A stretch of 32,000 nucleotides of DNA from Promethearchaeota archaeon. GTDB lineage: Archaea > Asgardarchaeota > Lokiarchaeia > Sigyniarchaeales > Promethearchaeaceae. The position numbers were made by a program, and so were the translations under genes. Within the stretch, counting starts at the first letter, position 1. Each line of letters begins with the position of its first letter. Below the pieces are notes generated by a model. It worked only from the letters and a program-made list of their open reading frames with translations. It was not told the origin of the DNA and did not search any database. This document shows, in pieces, positions 16,461-26,796 of this stretch. The stretch is from contig JAFGBS010000028.1 in NCBI GenBank assembly GCA_016933055.1, positions 300,001 to 332,000 of the forward strand. Reading direction: 5' to 3'.

Positions 16461-18413
16461 ATGAGTCACTTTAAAAAAGGTATAATTATGAATAAACGAG
16501 AACCGAATTTAGAACGAGAGTCCAATGTCATGGTGCATGGATTGGATAACTGGCAGGAAGTGTATAAAGATAAAAAAATGCCCATAGCTTCCTTAAGTCA
16601 GATTATTAAACCAGGACAGCGTATATTTATTGGAACGGGTTGTAGTGAGCCCCAAACACTGACTGCAGAACTCATTAAGAAACAAAGTCGTATTGCAGAT
16701 TGTGAAATTATTCACTTTCTTACATTAGGAAAAAATCAATTTTTTAGTGATTTTGAACCTTCCCTTTTCCGGCATAATGCATTATTCATTGGTGAATCCA
16801 TGAGAAATGCAGTTCAAGAGGGAAAAAGTGACTATACTCCTATTATGTTATCAGATATCCCCCCTCTAATCACCTCAGGACAAAAGCATATTGATATAGC
16901 ATTAATCCAAGTTTCTCCACCTGATAAATACGGATTTGTTTCTTTAGGAATTAATGTGGATATCAATAAAACGGTAATAGATCATGCTGATATCGTAATT
17001 GCACAAATAAATCCTCAGATGCCACGAACTTACGGTGACACATTTGTCCACATGACTGTAATCGATCACTGGATTTTAGTAGATGAACCGTTAATTGAAG
17101 CAAAATATCAAGAACCTGATGAAATTTCACAAAATATTGGAAAATATATCTCAAGACTTGTAGAGAATGGTTCTACCATTCAAATGGGAATAGGACAAGT
17201 ACCGAACGCGGTAATCAAATTTCTTATGGATAAAAAAGATTTATCGGTTTATTCTGAAGTTTTTTCGGACGGTGTTATTGATTTAGTTGAAGCGGGAGTT
17301 ATCAATGCAGAAAGTTTAAGGACCGGACGATCAAAAATTATGGCTTCTTTTGTTATGGGATCAAAACGCCTATATGATTGGATCGATGAGAATCCTTTCG
17401 TAGAATTTCGTCCGACAAGTTACATTAATAATATACTGAATATTTCAAAAAATGAACAACAAATTTCTATAAACGCTGCTTTGACAGTTGATTTGACAGG
17501 ACAAGTAAATTCAGATTCAATTGGGAATCAATTTTATTCAGGTATTGGAGGTCAAGCGGATTTTGAGAGAGGAGCAGCATTATCTCATCGAGGAAAACCT
17601 ATTATGGCGCTTCCATCGACTACTGCGGATGGCAAAAAATCCCGCATCGTACCCGTACTAGAAGAAGGTGCCGGTGTAGTTCTACCGCGTGGAGATGTGC
17701 ATTATGTAGTAACGGAATACGGTTATGCAAATTTACATGGAAAAACTATACGAGAACGTGCACTTTTATTGATCGGTATTGCTCATCCAAAATATCGAGA
17801 ATCTCTACTAAAAGAGGCAAAACGTCTGAATTATGTCTATCCAGACCAAATACTTCCAAAAACTCAAGATGGGGTAGTTGTGATATACCCCGAATTGTAT
17901 GAAAGCGATTTTGAAACAGACTCGGGTAAGATTGTCCATTTTCGACCTGTTAAATTTACCGATGAGCGATTACTACAAGAGCTTTATTATTCTCTCTCTA
18001 TGGATGATCGTGTTTTACGCTTTTTTTCTCCTCAGAAATCATTTCCCCATAAACAAACACAACCAAAGGTCGCAGTAGATTATCAAAACACAATGGCAAT
18101 CGTAGGTCTGGTCGGTGAGGAGGGAAAAGAAAGAATAGTAGCTGCCGGATCCTATTACTTGAACCAGAATACTAACATGGCTGAAATAGCTTTTACAGTG
18201 CGAGAAGAATGGCGAAATCAAGGCTTAACTCGTCGAGTTATAGAGATTCTTGCTCGAATAGCGCAAGAAAAGGGAATACGGGGATTTAATGGAGAAGTTC
18301 TACCCGATAATAAACCTATGATACATATTTTGCAAACTTTGCCTTATAAAGTACAGTTTCGTGATTATGAAGGAGAAATGATGTTTTCCTTCGAGTTTGA
18401 GGATAAAAAGTAA
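16461..18413 (+). CDS. Acetyl-CoA hydrolase / 4-hydroxybutyrate CoA-transferase-like protein fused to a C-terminal GNAT domain
   Basis: VSPPDKYGFVSLG, TIQMGIGQVP, YSEVFSDG (catalytic Glu), GIGGQADF and VVTEYG; C-terminal RFF, VDY, AEIAFTV and WRNQGL GNAT segment. ATG 16488 is an alternative start. Confidence 0.9.
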   Translation: MSHFKKGIIMNKREPNLERESNVMVHGLDNWQEVYKDKKMPIASLSQIIKPGQRIFIGTGCSEPQTLTAELIKKQSRIADCEIIHFLTLGKNQFFSDFEPSLFRHNALFIGESMRNAVQEGKSDYTPIMLSDIPPLITSGQKHIDIALIQVSPPDKYGFVSLGINVDINKTVIDHADIVIAQINPQMPRTYGDTFVHMTVIDHWILVDEPLIEAKYQEPDEISQNIGKYISRLVENGSTIQMGIGQVPNAVIKFLMDKKDLSVYSEVFSDGVIDLVEAGVINAESLRTGRSKIMASFVMGSKRLYDWIDENPFVEFRPTSYINNILNISKNEQQISINAALTVDLTGQVNSDSIGNQFYSGIGGQADFERGAALSHRGKPIMALPSTTADGKKSRIVPVLEEGAGVVLPRGDVHYVVTEYGYANLHGKTIRERALLLIGIAHPKYRESLLKEAKRLNYVYPDQILPKTQDGVVVIYPELYESDFETDSGKIVHFRPVKFTDERLLQELYYSLSMDDRVLRFFSPQKSFPHKQTQPKVAVDYQNTMAIVGLVGEEGKERIVAAGSYYLNQNTNMAEIAFTVREEWRNQGLTRRVIEILARIAQEKGIRGFNGEVLPDNKPMIHILQTLPYKVQFRDYEGEMMFSFEFEDKK

Positions 18414-18417
18414 GTTA

Positions 18418-19065
18418 TTAAATCATTTTTTCTTTTATAAACAAATTATTAATAGAATCCATCCGTTCATCTAATCTATCTCGAATTATCGAAAGAAAGG
18501 GAGCAATTTCTTCTTGTTTTTTTTCTGCGATTTTTTTACTGATATCAAAATGAAAGAATTTCAAATCGTTTTTCCATCGATTCATATAGGTATCTATAAT
18601 CTGATCCATACTCTTATGAATTCGTCCAACTAAACCCCTCACTAACCCCATTACTCCAAAGCGATCAAGCATATCCGAATCCGCACATATCTTTTCTTCC
18701 GTAGTTTCGGGTGGAATAAAAGAAGTGTGAGTATGCCGTATTACTACTCGAGTTACAGCGTTCACAATTTCGGTAGGAAAATTTTGTCCATCTAAAAATT
18801 CCTCAGCTATACTCCCCCCAAATAATCCGTGAATATTGTTAAAGTTATCCACACTTTTGCCAATGTCATGTAATAGCGCACCACTAATTAGAATGAAAGG
18901 ATCCACGGGGTCTTCAATGGATTTTGCAATTGTAATTGCATTATGCGCAACAGATAAAATATGCGAATAATCATGTGAATCGTTACTTGCATGCGCTGAT
19001 CGGACAAAATCTTCCAATCGTAACAAAGATCGTTTTTCCATTTCCGTTAATTGTCGTGAAAACAT
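18418..19065 (-). CDS. HD-domain phosphohydrolase
   Basis: SHDYSH, LLHDIGK, RH and DSDMLD. True start is probably ATG 19065, since the longer ORF overlaps the MFS gene. Confidence 0.85.
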   Translation of the reverse strand: MFSRQLTEMEKRSLLRLEDFVRSAHASNDSHDYSHILSVAHNAITIAKSIEDPVDPFILISGALLHDIGKSVDNFNNIHGLFGGSIAEEFLDGQNFPTEIVNAVTRVVIRHTHTSFIPPETTEEKICADSDMLDRFGVMGLVRGLVGRIHKSMDQIIDTYMNRWKNDLKFFHFDISKKIAEKKQEEIAPFLSIIRDRLDERMDSINNLFIKEKMI

Positions 19066-19115
19066 AGCATAGGTATCGTAATTGTAAAATAAAAAAGTAT
19101 AGTAAAAATAAGAAT

Positions 19116-20573
19116 TCAAAGAATTTGCATTTCTTGGAGTTTTTTTCGATTTTCTTGAACTTTTTGCGGTGTCAAGCGGTATAAGACAGCAAATAGTATT
19201 GTAGAAATTATCATTATAACTAAGGGGATAATAATTGAATGGATTTGAATTCCAAATACAGCATCTTGCCATCCCGTGGGATTTGCTGCTTTCAATTCCG
19301 CTAAAGTTTTTGCGCCTTCTTTAAATCCAGTTAATATATGAACAACACCAAATATGAGCGCTTGGAGGGCACTATTAAATCGAACAAAAAAAGCCTGCAC
19401 TCCAAACACAACAGAGGGTTCTTTTTTACCTGTTTTAACAGCAACATCTTCAATTAGTTCAGATATAAGAATGGGATCTATGAACCATTGAGCGCCTAAG
19501 CCAATTCCAAATAATATCATGCAAGGAATCCATAACAACACGGTTGTAGCGAATATCATGGGTATAAAAGAGAAAGTGAGTATAAAACTCGCTATTAACG
19601 TAACTAATCTATGATTCTTGCTCTTTTGAGCAAATAAAAGCCACAAAGGAATTGAAACAAGAGCTCCACCAAGCATTGATCCTAAAATTATTGGTAATTT
19701 TTTATTAGTTTCATCAATCACGAACAGTAATATATATATCGCTCCAGATTGAATGAGAAGTGCGGATAATTGATATCCAAAAAATATTGAAATTTTACCC
19801 ATAAAATTTCGATTTTTAATTACTTTTCCGATAGTTTTGAAGAATTTTTCTTTCGGTTCTGCTTGTTGCTCGTTTTGGGCTAATTTAGCGAGATTTTTTT
19901 CACGAAGATATTTATCCTCAAAATGACCAGGTATGGTCGGAATGACTAATACAAGTCCTACTGCTGCAGCAATTAACGCGTAAAGACGATAATCAGCTGC
20001 AACGGGTTCTTCAGGAACAATAAATGGAGGAAGTATAAAAGCTAGCACAAGACCCAAAATTCCCAATGCTGCGACAAAAGATTGAACGATTCTACGACTT
20101 TTTGGATCAGTGAATTTCTCCGGATAAATGGACAAGGAATTTACATCCATCAAACTATAAAGGAAATCATAAAGACAGATAGAAATAATATACCACAAAA
20201 ATATATACCATTGCTGTATTGAATCTTCGGCACTCCAATTAGTTGGCACAAAAAATATCAGTAAATAAGATCCTAACCACGGAATGGTAGCGATTAAATA
20301 CCAAGGAAATCTCTTAAAGCCTTTATTGCGTGTCCATGGAAACACTTTCTTTTCCATCGTGTAACCGATGAGTGGATCATTGAAAGCGTTCCAAACTGCG
20401 AATAAAACAAATGCGATTGTTGCTAATTCTGTCTTTAATCCAATATATACTTCATAATACGCAAAAACATAAACTCCGAATGCTCCATTAATCCATTGTA
20501 TCATTGTGGCTTTTGTACTGTAACTAAACATTGTACCAAGTGAATATCGTTTCTCTTGACTAACTTCTTCCAT
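19116..20573 (-). CDS. MFS transporter, glycoside-pentoside-hexuronide (GPH/MelB) family
   Basis: About 12 TM; WNAFNDPLIGY, KRFPW and SELIED...GKKEP..VFGVQAF motifs. Confidence 0.9.
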   Translation of the reverse strand: MEEVSQEKRYSLGTMFSYSTKATMIQWINGAFGVYVFAYYEVYIGLKTELATIAFVLFAVWNAFNDPLIGYTMEKKVFPWTRNKGFKRFPWYLIATIPWLGSYLLIFFVPTNWSAEDSIQQWYIFLWYIISICLYDFLYSLMDVNSLSIYPEKFTDPKSRRIVQSFVAALGILGLVLAFILPPFIVPEEPVAADYRLYALIAAAVGLVLVIPTIPGHFEDKYLREKNLAKLAQNEQQAEPKEKFFKTIGKVIKNRNFMGKISIFFGYQLSALLIQSGAIYILLFVIDETNKKLPIILGSMLGGALVSIPLWLLFAQKSKNHRLVTLIASFILTFSFIPMIFATTVLLWIPCMILFGIGLGAQWFIDPILISELIEDVAVKTGKKEPSVVFGVQAFFVRFNSALQALIFGVVHILTGFKEGAKTLAELKAANPTGWQDAVFGIQIHSIIIPLVIMIISTILFAVLYRLTPQKVQENRKKLQEMQIL

Positions 20574-20666
20574 ACTACACACCTATTTTGAAAATTTACT
20601 ATTTTTATGTTTCAATCAGTGTCTTTAAAAAAGTATTGAAAAAAAAATGAAAACTAAAGATTATTT

Positions 20667-22202
20667 TTAGGACTTAGGTACCTTTAATTTCTTCCCGCGA
20701 ATCCAAGTCCGTTCTACTGTGTCTTTAGTTTTTTCCCTCCATCTCTTCAATCTAAGCTTCATATCCTCAAGGACAGTTTCGTAGTATGGATTGTCGATTA
20801 AATTATTCAATTCACTTGGGTCGTTTTTGAGATCATACAATTCATCCATATCTTCCCAATTATAAACATATTTATACTGATCGGTGACTATACAACGAGC
20901 ATGGTGGGTTTCCAAGTTCCCATACGTTTGAATCATAACATCATCCCTCCAGTGAGAATTGGGATCTTTGCACAGGGGAAGAATACTATCCCCATCAACC
21001 GACTTATCAAATGAAGTATTGGCAATGTCTAATATTGTGGGAGCAACATCTATGTTACTAATTAGTTTATCAGATATTTGACCTGGTTCTATATGTCCTT
21101 GAAATTTTACCGCAAAAGGTACACGAATCATTTCTTCCGGCATATAGGCTTCTTTGTCAAAGTGTCCACCCCAACAACCAATTGCATCCCCATGATCTGT
21201 CGTCCAGATTATTATGGTGTTTATATCCAAATTCATTTCTTTTAACTTGTCCAAAATAATTCCCGCTGCTTCATCCGTCATGGTTTGTTGCGCGTAATTA
21301 TAAGTAAGAACTTCAGCAAAAGTGGACCATGGAACCGGATTGGGATAATTTAAAATTTTATTAGTCGCCATCGGATAATTAATATCGTACTTGTAAATAT
21401 TCGGTTTATTTGAAAGATTATTATCGAAATTAGGGTGCTCGGGTATTTTATCAGCTTTATAGAGTCTTTTATAATCTGGATGCGCCCAATATGGTTGATG
21501 TGGACTCCAAAAATCTATTCTTAGATGAAAGGGTCGAGTATCACCCATCTTTCGCGCTTCTGCAATCTCTTCCAATTTTTTGCATGCTCGATCTGCAAAG
21601 AAAAACGTTTCATGGGTTTCTTTCGGAGTCAACATCAAACCCGCTGCATGTTCATGGTTTGCCATAAACTTGCATTCGTATTCTCCCCCAATCTTGAAAC
21701 CGTAGTGATCCCAGACTTCCGGAATATGAAATACATGTTCCAATCTTACTTTTATATGTGGTAGGTTTTTTTCCACCAAATACTCATAATATTCTGGCAT
21801 TGTGTAAGGATTGCCATATCCCGGCGTGCTGATGGTTTCTATTCCAAAATCTGCTGCAGTTCCTTTTCCAGCATGCCATTTTCCAAGGTAATATTGCTTA
21901 TATCCTTGTTCAGTAAGCTTATCAAAATAGACTTCACGATCATAGGGATGGTTAGTTTCATTTTTAATCTCTCTATGATTGTGCGGATATAATCCCGTAA
22001 GCATGGTTCTTCTAGCAGGACCGCAAAGAGGGGTTGCTGTGTAGCAACGCGTGAATTCGACTCCTTCTGATGCAAACCTATTAAATACAGGTCTGTAGAT
22101 TTCAGGAGCATCCCCACGGAATTTAGATCCGTGATTATAATATGCTTGGTGATCTTCTAAGATGTATACGATGTTGGGTAAATTGTCCTGAGTCTTTTTC
22201 AT
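20667..22202 (-). CDS. Formylglycine-dependent (S1) sulfatase, paralogue 1
   Basis: NIVYILEDHQ, CGPARR (CxPxR), LTGLYP, GKWH, TDHGD and ELYDLKNDPSELNNL. No signal peptide. Confidence 0.92.
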   Translation of the reverse strand: MKKTQDNLPNIVYILEDHQAYYNHGSKFRGDAPEIYRPVFNRFASEGVEFTRCYTATPLCGPARRTMLTGLYPHNHREIKNETNHPYDREVYFDKLTEQGYKQYYLGKWHAGKGTAADFGIETISTPGYGNPYTMPEYYEYLVEKNLPHIKVRLEHVFHIPEVWDHYGFKIGGEYECKFMANHEHAAGLMLTPKETHETFFFADRACKKLEEIAEARKMGDTRPFHLRIDFWSPHQPYWAHPDYKRLYKADKIPEHPNFDNNLSNKPNIYKYDINYPMATNKILNYPNPVPWSTFAEVLTYNYAQQTMTDEAAGIILDKLKEMNLDINTIIIWTTDHGDAIGCWGGHFDKEAYMPEEMIRVPFAVKFQGHIEPGQISDKLISNIDVAPTILDIANTSFDKSVDGDSILPLCKDPNSHWRDDVMIQTYGNLETHHARCIVTDQYKYVYNWEDMDELYDLKNDPSELNNLIDNPYYETVLEDMKLRLKRWREKTKDTVERTWIRGKKLKVPKS

Positions 22203-22394
22203 GCTTACTAAAGAGTTGCTAATAATAATAAATCATTGTCTGATACTAACTCACAAGATTTAACTACTAAAGAAGCAGCAGAGAAAATTAGAATCAAAAA
22301 CTGTAAAAATAATTTCCTGATAAATTAGGTGGAATTTAGTAATTAAGTAGAGTAAGTCTTTATTTAGTTTTAAATTCAATTTTAGATATTGAAA

Positions 22395-23891
22395 ATGACG
22401 ACAGAAAAAAAAAAAATTCATGTTGTGTTCCTAGGAAAACCTCAGTGGGAAGCGGGATGGCCTTACCTCGGTTATGATAATGATAGTTTTATGAGAAATG
22501 TACTATCCTTACTAAGACAGAAATTCCCCCATATCATTTTCACCCAAGATACTATAATTACTACTTATGATAAGGGAGTAATTAAGACTAATTGGAATTA
22601 TATCTCACAATCAGATGCGACTTTATTTTTCACAATTGGACATTATGGGGATCCTGGTTTGATTAAAGCAGGTATCGAGCTAATACAGAAAAGTCATACT
22701 CCAAAACTACTAGCGAATTTTATCTATATGGGGGATCACACATTTATCAAAACATACGATTCTCTAAAAAGAAAGAACGTACCCATACTAGGAGTCTCAT
22801 CAGTAAATTTAGAAGATTTTTATGGCGTTTTAGATATTTTGATAAAAATAACAGAAATCAAAGGGCAAAGAGCTTTGGTATATGCAATCGATAAACCTGC
22901 TCTAGATTGGAATCGGATTATGGATTTACAAAGTCCAGAACTGGAAAAAATTGTACAAATCCATCCAGAATTTATCAATCATGTTCAATCCATGAAAAAT
23001 GAAGAGGGCAGCTTTTTTACCGATCATAAAGGAGAAGATCAAGCCCATGTATGGCGAAAAGATGAGGAAACTTACATCAATCTTCTTCATTCCATATTTG
23101 GTATAGAAATGATACGAGAGGATCCTGCGGAAATCTTGAAGTATTATGATCAAATTGGGGATAAAGAAGCGGAATCCACCTGTCAAATGTGGATAAAAAA
23201 TGCTAATATTACAGAACCAATGGAGAAAACTATTCAAAATGCGGCAAAATTATACATTGCACTCAAAAAGATATTAACGGATAAAAAGTGCAATTTTTTT
23301 GCGCCGGATTGTGGCACTCTCCTATTATCGGGACGACTACCTGCTTATCCGTGCATGGCATTCTTTGAATTGGTAAACGATGAAATATACGGAATTTGCG
23401 AGTCAGATATGGATTCCTTAGTAAGTTATGTATTCGGATTAACGCTTACTGGACGTCCCGGTTTTGTTTCTAATCATACATTTGACACGATTAGAAATCA
23501 AGTTACTTACATGCATTGCGTTTGCTCTAATAAATTGTTTGGTGTTAAAGGAGAATCAAGTGAATACGATATTTATTATCATGGTGAGACGGCAATTTTA
23601 GGTGCATCACCGCGTGTGAAATTTCCACTCGGAGAAAATCTAACAACAATTAAAATCAGCGTTTTTGAGAAAAAAATTGCTATAAGAACAGGAAGAATCA
23701 TTGACAACATCATTGATGATAAAGGGTGTGTTACAAAAGTTCTCGTGGAGACCAATGTCAATAAAATTATGGAGAAATATGATTGGGAAACATTCGGATG
23801 GCATCGTGTCTCATTTCTGGGAGATTGGAGAGAAAAATTTACACTTGGAGCAAAAATATTGGGCTTACAAGTAATTCATGAAGATCAATGA
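22395..23891 (+). CDS. L-fucose/L-arabinose isomerase-like protein
   Basis: YPCMAF, CESD (Glu/Asp metal ligands), TGRPGF, HC, GC-TK and GWHRV (His ligand), matching my recollection of FucI-like C-terminal domains. Confidence 0.65.
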   Translation: MTTEKKKIHVVFLGKPQWEAGWPYLGYDNDSFMRNVLSLLRQKFPHIIFTQDTIITTYDKGVIKTNWNYISQSDATLFFTIGHYGDPGLIKAGIELIQKSHTPKLLANFIYMGDHTFIKTYDSLKRKNVPILGVSSVNLEDFYGVLDILIKITEIKGQRALVYAIDKPALDWNRIMDLQSPELEKIVQIHPEFINHVQSMKNEEGSFFTDHKGEDQAHVWRKDEETYINLLHSIFGIEMIREDPAEILKYYDQIGDKEAESTCQMWIKNANITEPMEKTIQNAAKLYIALKKILTDKKCNFFAPDCGTLLLSGRLPAYPCMAFFELVNDEIYGICESDMDSLVSYVFGLTLTGRPGFVSNHTFDTIRNQVTYMHCVCSNKLFGVKGESSEYDIYYHGETAILGASPRVKFPLGENLTTIKISVFEKKIAIRTGRIIDNIIDDKGCVTKVLVETNVNKIMEKYDWETFGWHRVSFLGDWREKFTLGAKILGLQVIHEDQ

Positions 23892-23937
23892 TCATTTTAA
23901 AGATAACCTAATAAAGAAGAATTTCCGATTCAACGCC

Positions 23938-25062
23938 ATGTCAGAATTTAGTTTAAATTATAAATTACTAGAAACCTTAACAAATGCATTTGGACCATCA
24001 GGTCATGAGGAAGAGGTTCAAAAAATCGTCAGAGAATATGGAAAGCCTTTTTCGGATGAAACATTATATGACAAAACTGGTTCCATAATTTTTCGAAAAG
24101 GCAATTCGGGGCCTAAAATTATGTTAAGTGGTCATGCCGATGAGATTGGTTATATCATTTCCGACATCGGAAAAGAGGGGATTTTGAAAATCTCTAATCT
24201 CGGAGGAATTATACCACCTTTTCAACCCTCAAATGAAATTTTAATTCGACCATTTAAAGGAGGCAAAGATATTATTGGAATAATTCAAGGTGAATTTTCT
24301 TTCGGAAGGGAGGGGGGCGATAAGATTAAACCGTTAGATAAGCTTTATGTGGATATTGGATGTAAATCTGATAAAGAAGTTAAAGATTTAGGAATTCGTA
24401 TCGGAGATGTAGCATCTCAATATGCAATTTATCGAACAATGGACAGAACACGATTTAAGAAAGATGATGATGGAAAAGAAACCAAATCGACAACTAAGAT
24501 TGCGGTTGCGAAAGCATTCGATGATCGAATTGGTGTATTTATTGGATTAGAAATACTTAGAAAACTTCAAGAGAAACATATACAACATCCAAACCAAATA
24601 TATTTTGCATCAACTACCCAAGAGGAAGTAGGTTTGCGTGGAGCTCGAACTTCTGCTCATTTAATTCAGCCTGATTTAGGTTTTTCATTAGATATCACTC
24701 CCGCAAAAGACATTCCTGGAATGCCAGAGAAAGGACATAATATGGGAGATGGAGTGATAATCCACGCGAAGGATGGAAGTATGATTGCAAATCCAAAATT
24801 GAAGAAATTTGCTATTGAGATCGCTGAACAGAACGATATAAAGTTTCAATACGGATTCTTAGGTTTTGGTGGAACGGACGCCGGAGTTATCCATTTGACC
24901 GGAATTGGTGCACCTTCTTTATTTATTGGTATACCTACTCGATATGGACATTCCCAACGTGCGATGATCGACTTAAGTGACGTGGAAAATGCAGTAAAAC
25001 TAATGATAGAAATGATAAGGAAGTTTGATCAGGAAACAGTCGAAAGTTTTACAAAACTTTAG
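23938..25062 (+). CDS. M42 family aminopeptidase (TET/FrvX-like)
   Basis: GPSGHE, GHADEIG, AFDDRIG, QEEVGLRGA, GGTDAG and RYGHS. ATG 23938 preferred over 23878, which overlaps the upstream gene. Confidence 0.93.
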   Translation: MSEFSLNYKLLETLTNAFGPSGHEEEVQKIVREYGKPFSDETLYDKTGSIIFRKGNSGPKIMLSGHADEIGYIISDIGKEGILKISNLGGIIPPFQPSNEILIRPFKGGKDIIGIIQGEFSFGREGGDKIKPLDKLYVDIGCKSDKEVKDLGIRIGDVASQYAIYRTMDRTRFKKDDDGKETKSTTKIAVAKAFDDRIGVFIGLEILRKLQEKHIQHPNQIYFASTTQEEVGLRGARTSAHLIQPDLGFSLDITPAKDIPGMPEKGHNMGDGVIIHAKDGSMIANPKLKKFAIEIAEQNDIKFQYGFLGFGGTDAGVIHLTGIGAPSLFIGIPTRYGHSQRAMIDLSDVENAVKLMIEMIRKFDQETVESFTKL

Positions 25063-26608
25063 ATTTTTCTTTTTTCTTCTTCTTTTGTTTCGGTTCTCGT
25101 AAATGCCTACCACGTACCCACGCAAGACTGTAAATATCACCCGTTTTTTTGCGTAATTTTTCAAGCTGAATTTTGAGATCTTTCAAAATATCATTATAAT
25201 CTTCATTATAGATTAAATTTTTCAATTCGTAAGGATCATCATTTAAGTCATATAATTCATCCATATCATTCTCATTATATATATACTTAAATCCCGAATC
25301 CGTTATTAGGGCACGTCCAAAATGCGGTTTGAAATTACCGTAGGTTTGAGACATCAGTTCATCCCGCCATTTTGCATTTGGATTCTTAAATAACGGAAAT
25401 AAACTAATACCATCTACAATTTCAGTAAATTTTGTTCCCGCTGCATCAAGAATTGTGGGGCCGTAATCAATGTTGCTAACAAGACGCGTACTTTTTTGCC
25501 CGGGTTTTATTACCCCAGGAAATTTTATTGCTAAGGGAGTGCGTAGCAATTCTTCTGGCATGTAGGCTTCTTTATCAAAATGACCACCATGACAACCCAA
25601 ACCATCCCCATGATCCGACATCCACATTAAAAGCATATTATCTTCCAATCCCAATTCTCGGATTGCATCAATTACCATTCCTGCAGCTTCATCTGCCATG
25701 GTTTGTTGTGCATAGTGAAACGCAAGTACCTCTTGAAATGTTCGCCATGATACACGATTGGGGATAGTTAATTGCCAATTGTCTCCCATCGGTGGGTTCA
25801 GCTCCACTTTATAACTATCAGGTTTAGTATCAAGATTTTCCGAGAAACTCGGCGACATTAAAATCTTTCTGGAGGGATAAAGATCAAGAAATTCTTTAGT
25901 AACATAATAGGGTTGATGGGGTGAATAAAAGTCTAAACGCAAGTGGAAGGGTTTGTAATTACCTTTTTTCCGTTCCTGAGCGATTTTCCTTAAATTTTTA
26001 ATTACCATGTAAGCGAAGAAATACACCTCATGAGATTCTTTAGGAGTTGTCATCAATCCACAAATATTTTCATGATTTACAGGAAATATCGGATTGTATT
26101 TCTCTCCAATATGAATTCCATATTGCTCATTTAGATGGTCTGGATGAAAGGAATAAAAAACTTCTACTTCAATCGGTGGAAGGTTATTTTCCTTAAGATA
26201 TTCTTTATATTCATCAGTTATATAAGGATTACCAAAGCGAGGGTAACTAAATCCTTCACATCCGAATTGATGAGCAGTTCCTGGACCCGTGTGCCACTTT
26301 CCAAAATAATATAGATCATATCCTTGCGCAGTTAACCGTTCAAAGTAGGTTTCTTTATCATATGAATGATGAGTTTCATTCTTTATCTCTTTATGATTGT
26401 GGGGGTATAATCCAGTCAACATAGTTCTTCTAGCGGGTCCACATAATGGAATACATGTATAGGCACGAGTGAATTCAATACCTTCTGAGGCTACTTGTTG
26501 AAAATTTGGTTTGTGTATTGGAATGGAACCTATTTGTTCTCCGTGAGCGTAAAAACTCTGATGGTCTTCTAAAATATATACTATATCTGGAGGGTGTTTC
26601 TTTCCCAT
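25049..26608 (-). CDS. Formylglycine-dependent (S1) sulfatase, paralogue 2
   Basis: DIVYILEDHQ, CGPARRTMLTGLYPHNH, GKWH, SDHGD and ELYDLNDDPYELKNL. Confidence 0.92.
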   Translation of the reverse strand: MGKKHPPDIVYILEDHQSFYAHGEQIGSIPIHKPNFQQVASEGIEFTRAYTCIPLCGPARRTMLTGLYPHNHKEIKNETHHSYDKETYFERLTAQGYDLYYFGKWHTGPGTAHQFGCEGFSYPRFGNPYITDEYKEYLKENNLPPIEVEVFYSFHPDHLNEQYGIHIGEKYNPIFPVNHENICGLMTTPKESHEVYFFAYMVIKNLRKIAQERKKGNYKPFHLRLDFYSPHQPYYVTKEFLDLYPSRKILMSPSFSENLDTKPDSYKVELNPPMGDNWQLTIPNRVSWRTFQEVLAFHYAQQTMADEAAGMVIDAIRELGLEDNMLLMWMSDHGDGLGCHGGHFDKEAYMPEELLRTPLAIKFPGVIKPGQKSTRLVSNIDYGPTILDAAGTKFTEIVDGISLFPLFKNPNAKWRDELMSQTYGNFKPHFGRALITDSGFKYIYNENDMDELYDLNDDPYELKNLIYNEDYNDILKDLKIQLEKLRKKTGDIYSLAWVRGRHLREPKQKKKKKEKSKVL

Positions 26609-26796
26609 AAGTGACTAACAGAGGAGGATTTTTTTAACGATTTTGCCAAGTTTAAATGAAAAATACGGAATTTTTGATTAACTGATCTCTTTATTGTTCT
26701 GAACTATTGATTTTATTAGAATTAATCACCAGATATGGTGTTTTCGAAGAATTAATCGATGTTTTCCAATTCCAATAGAGTTAGAATTATTCACAG

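Noticed and set aside
22212-22328. Plus-frame fragment SDTNSQDLTTKEAAEKIRI resembling an HTH or a kinase C-terminal helix
   Set aside because: Under 40 codons with no start codon; too short to support.
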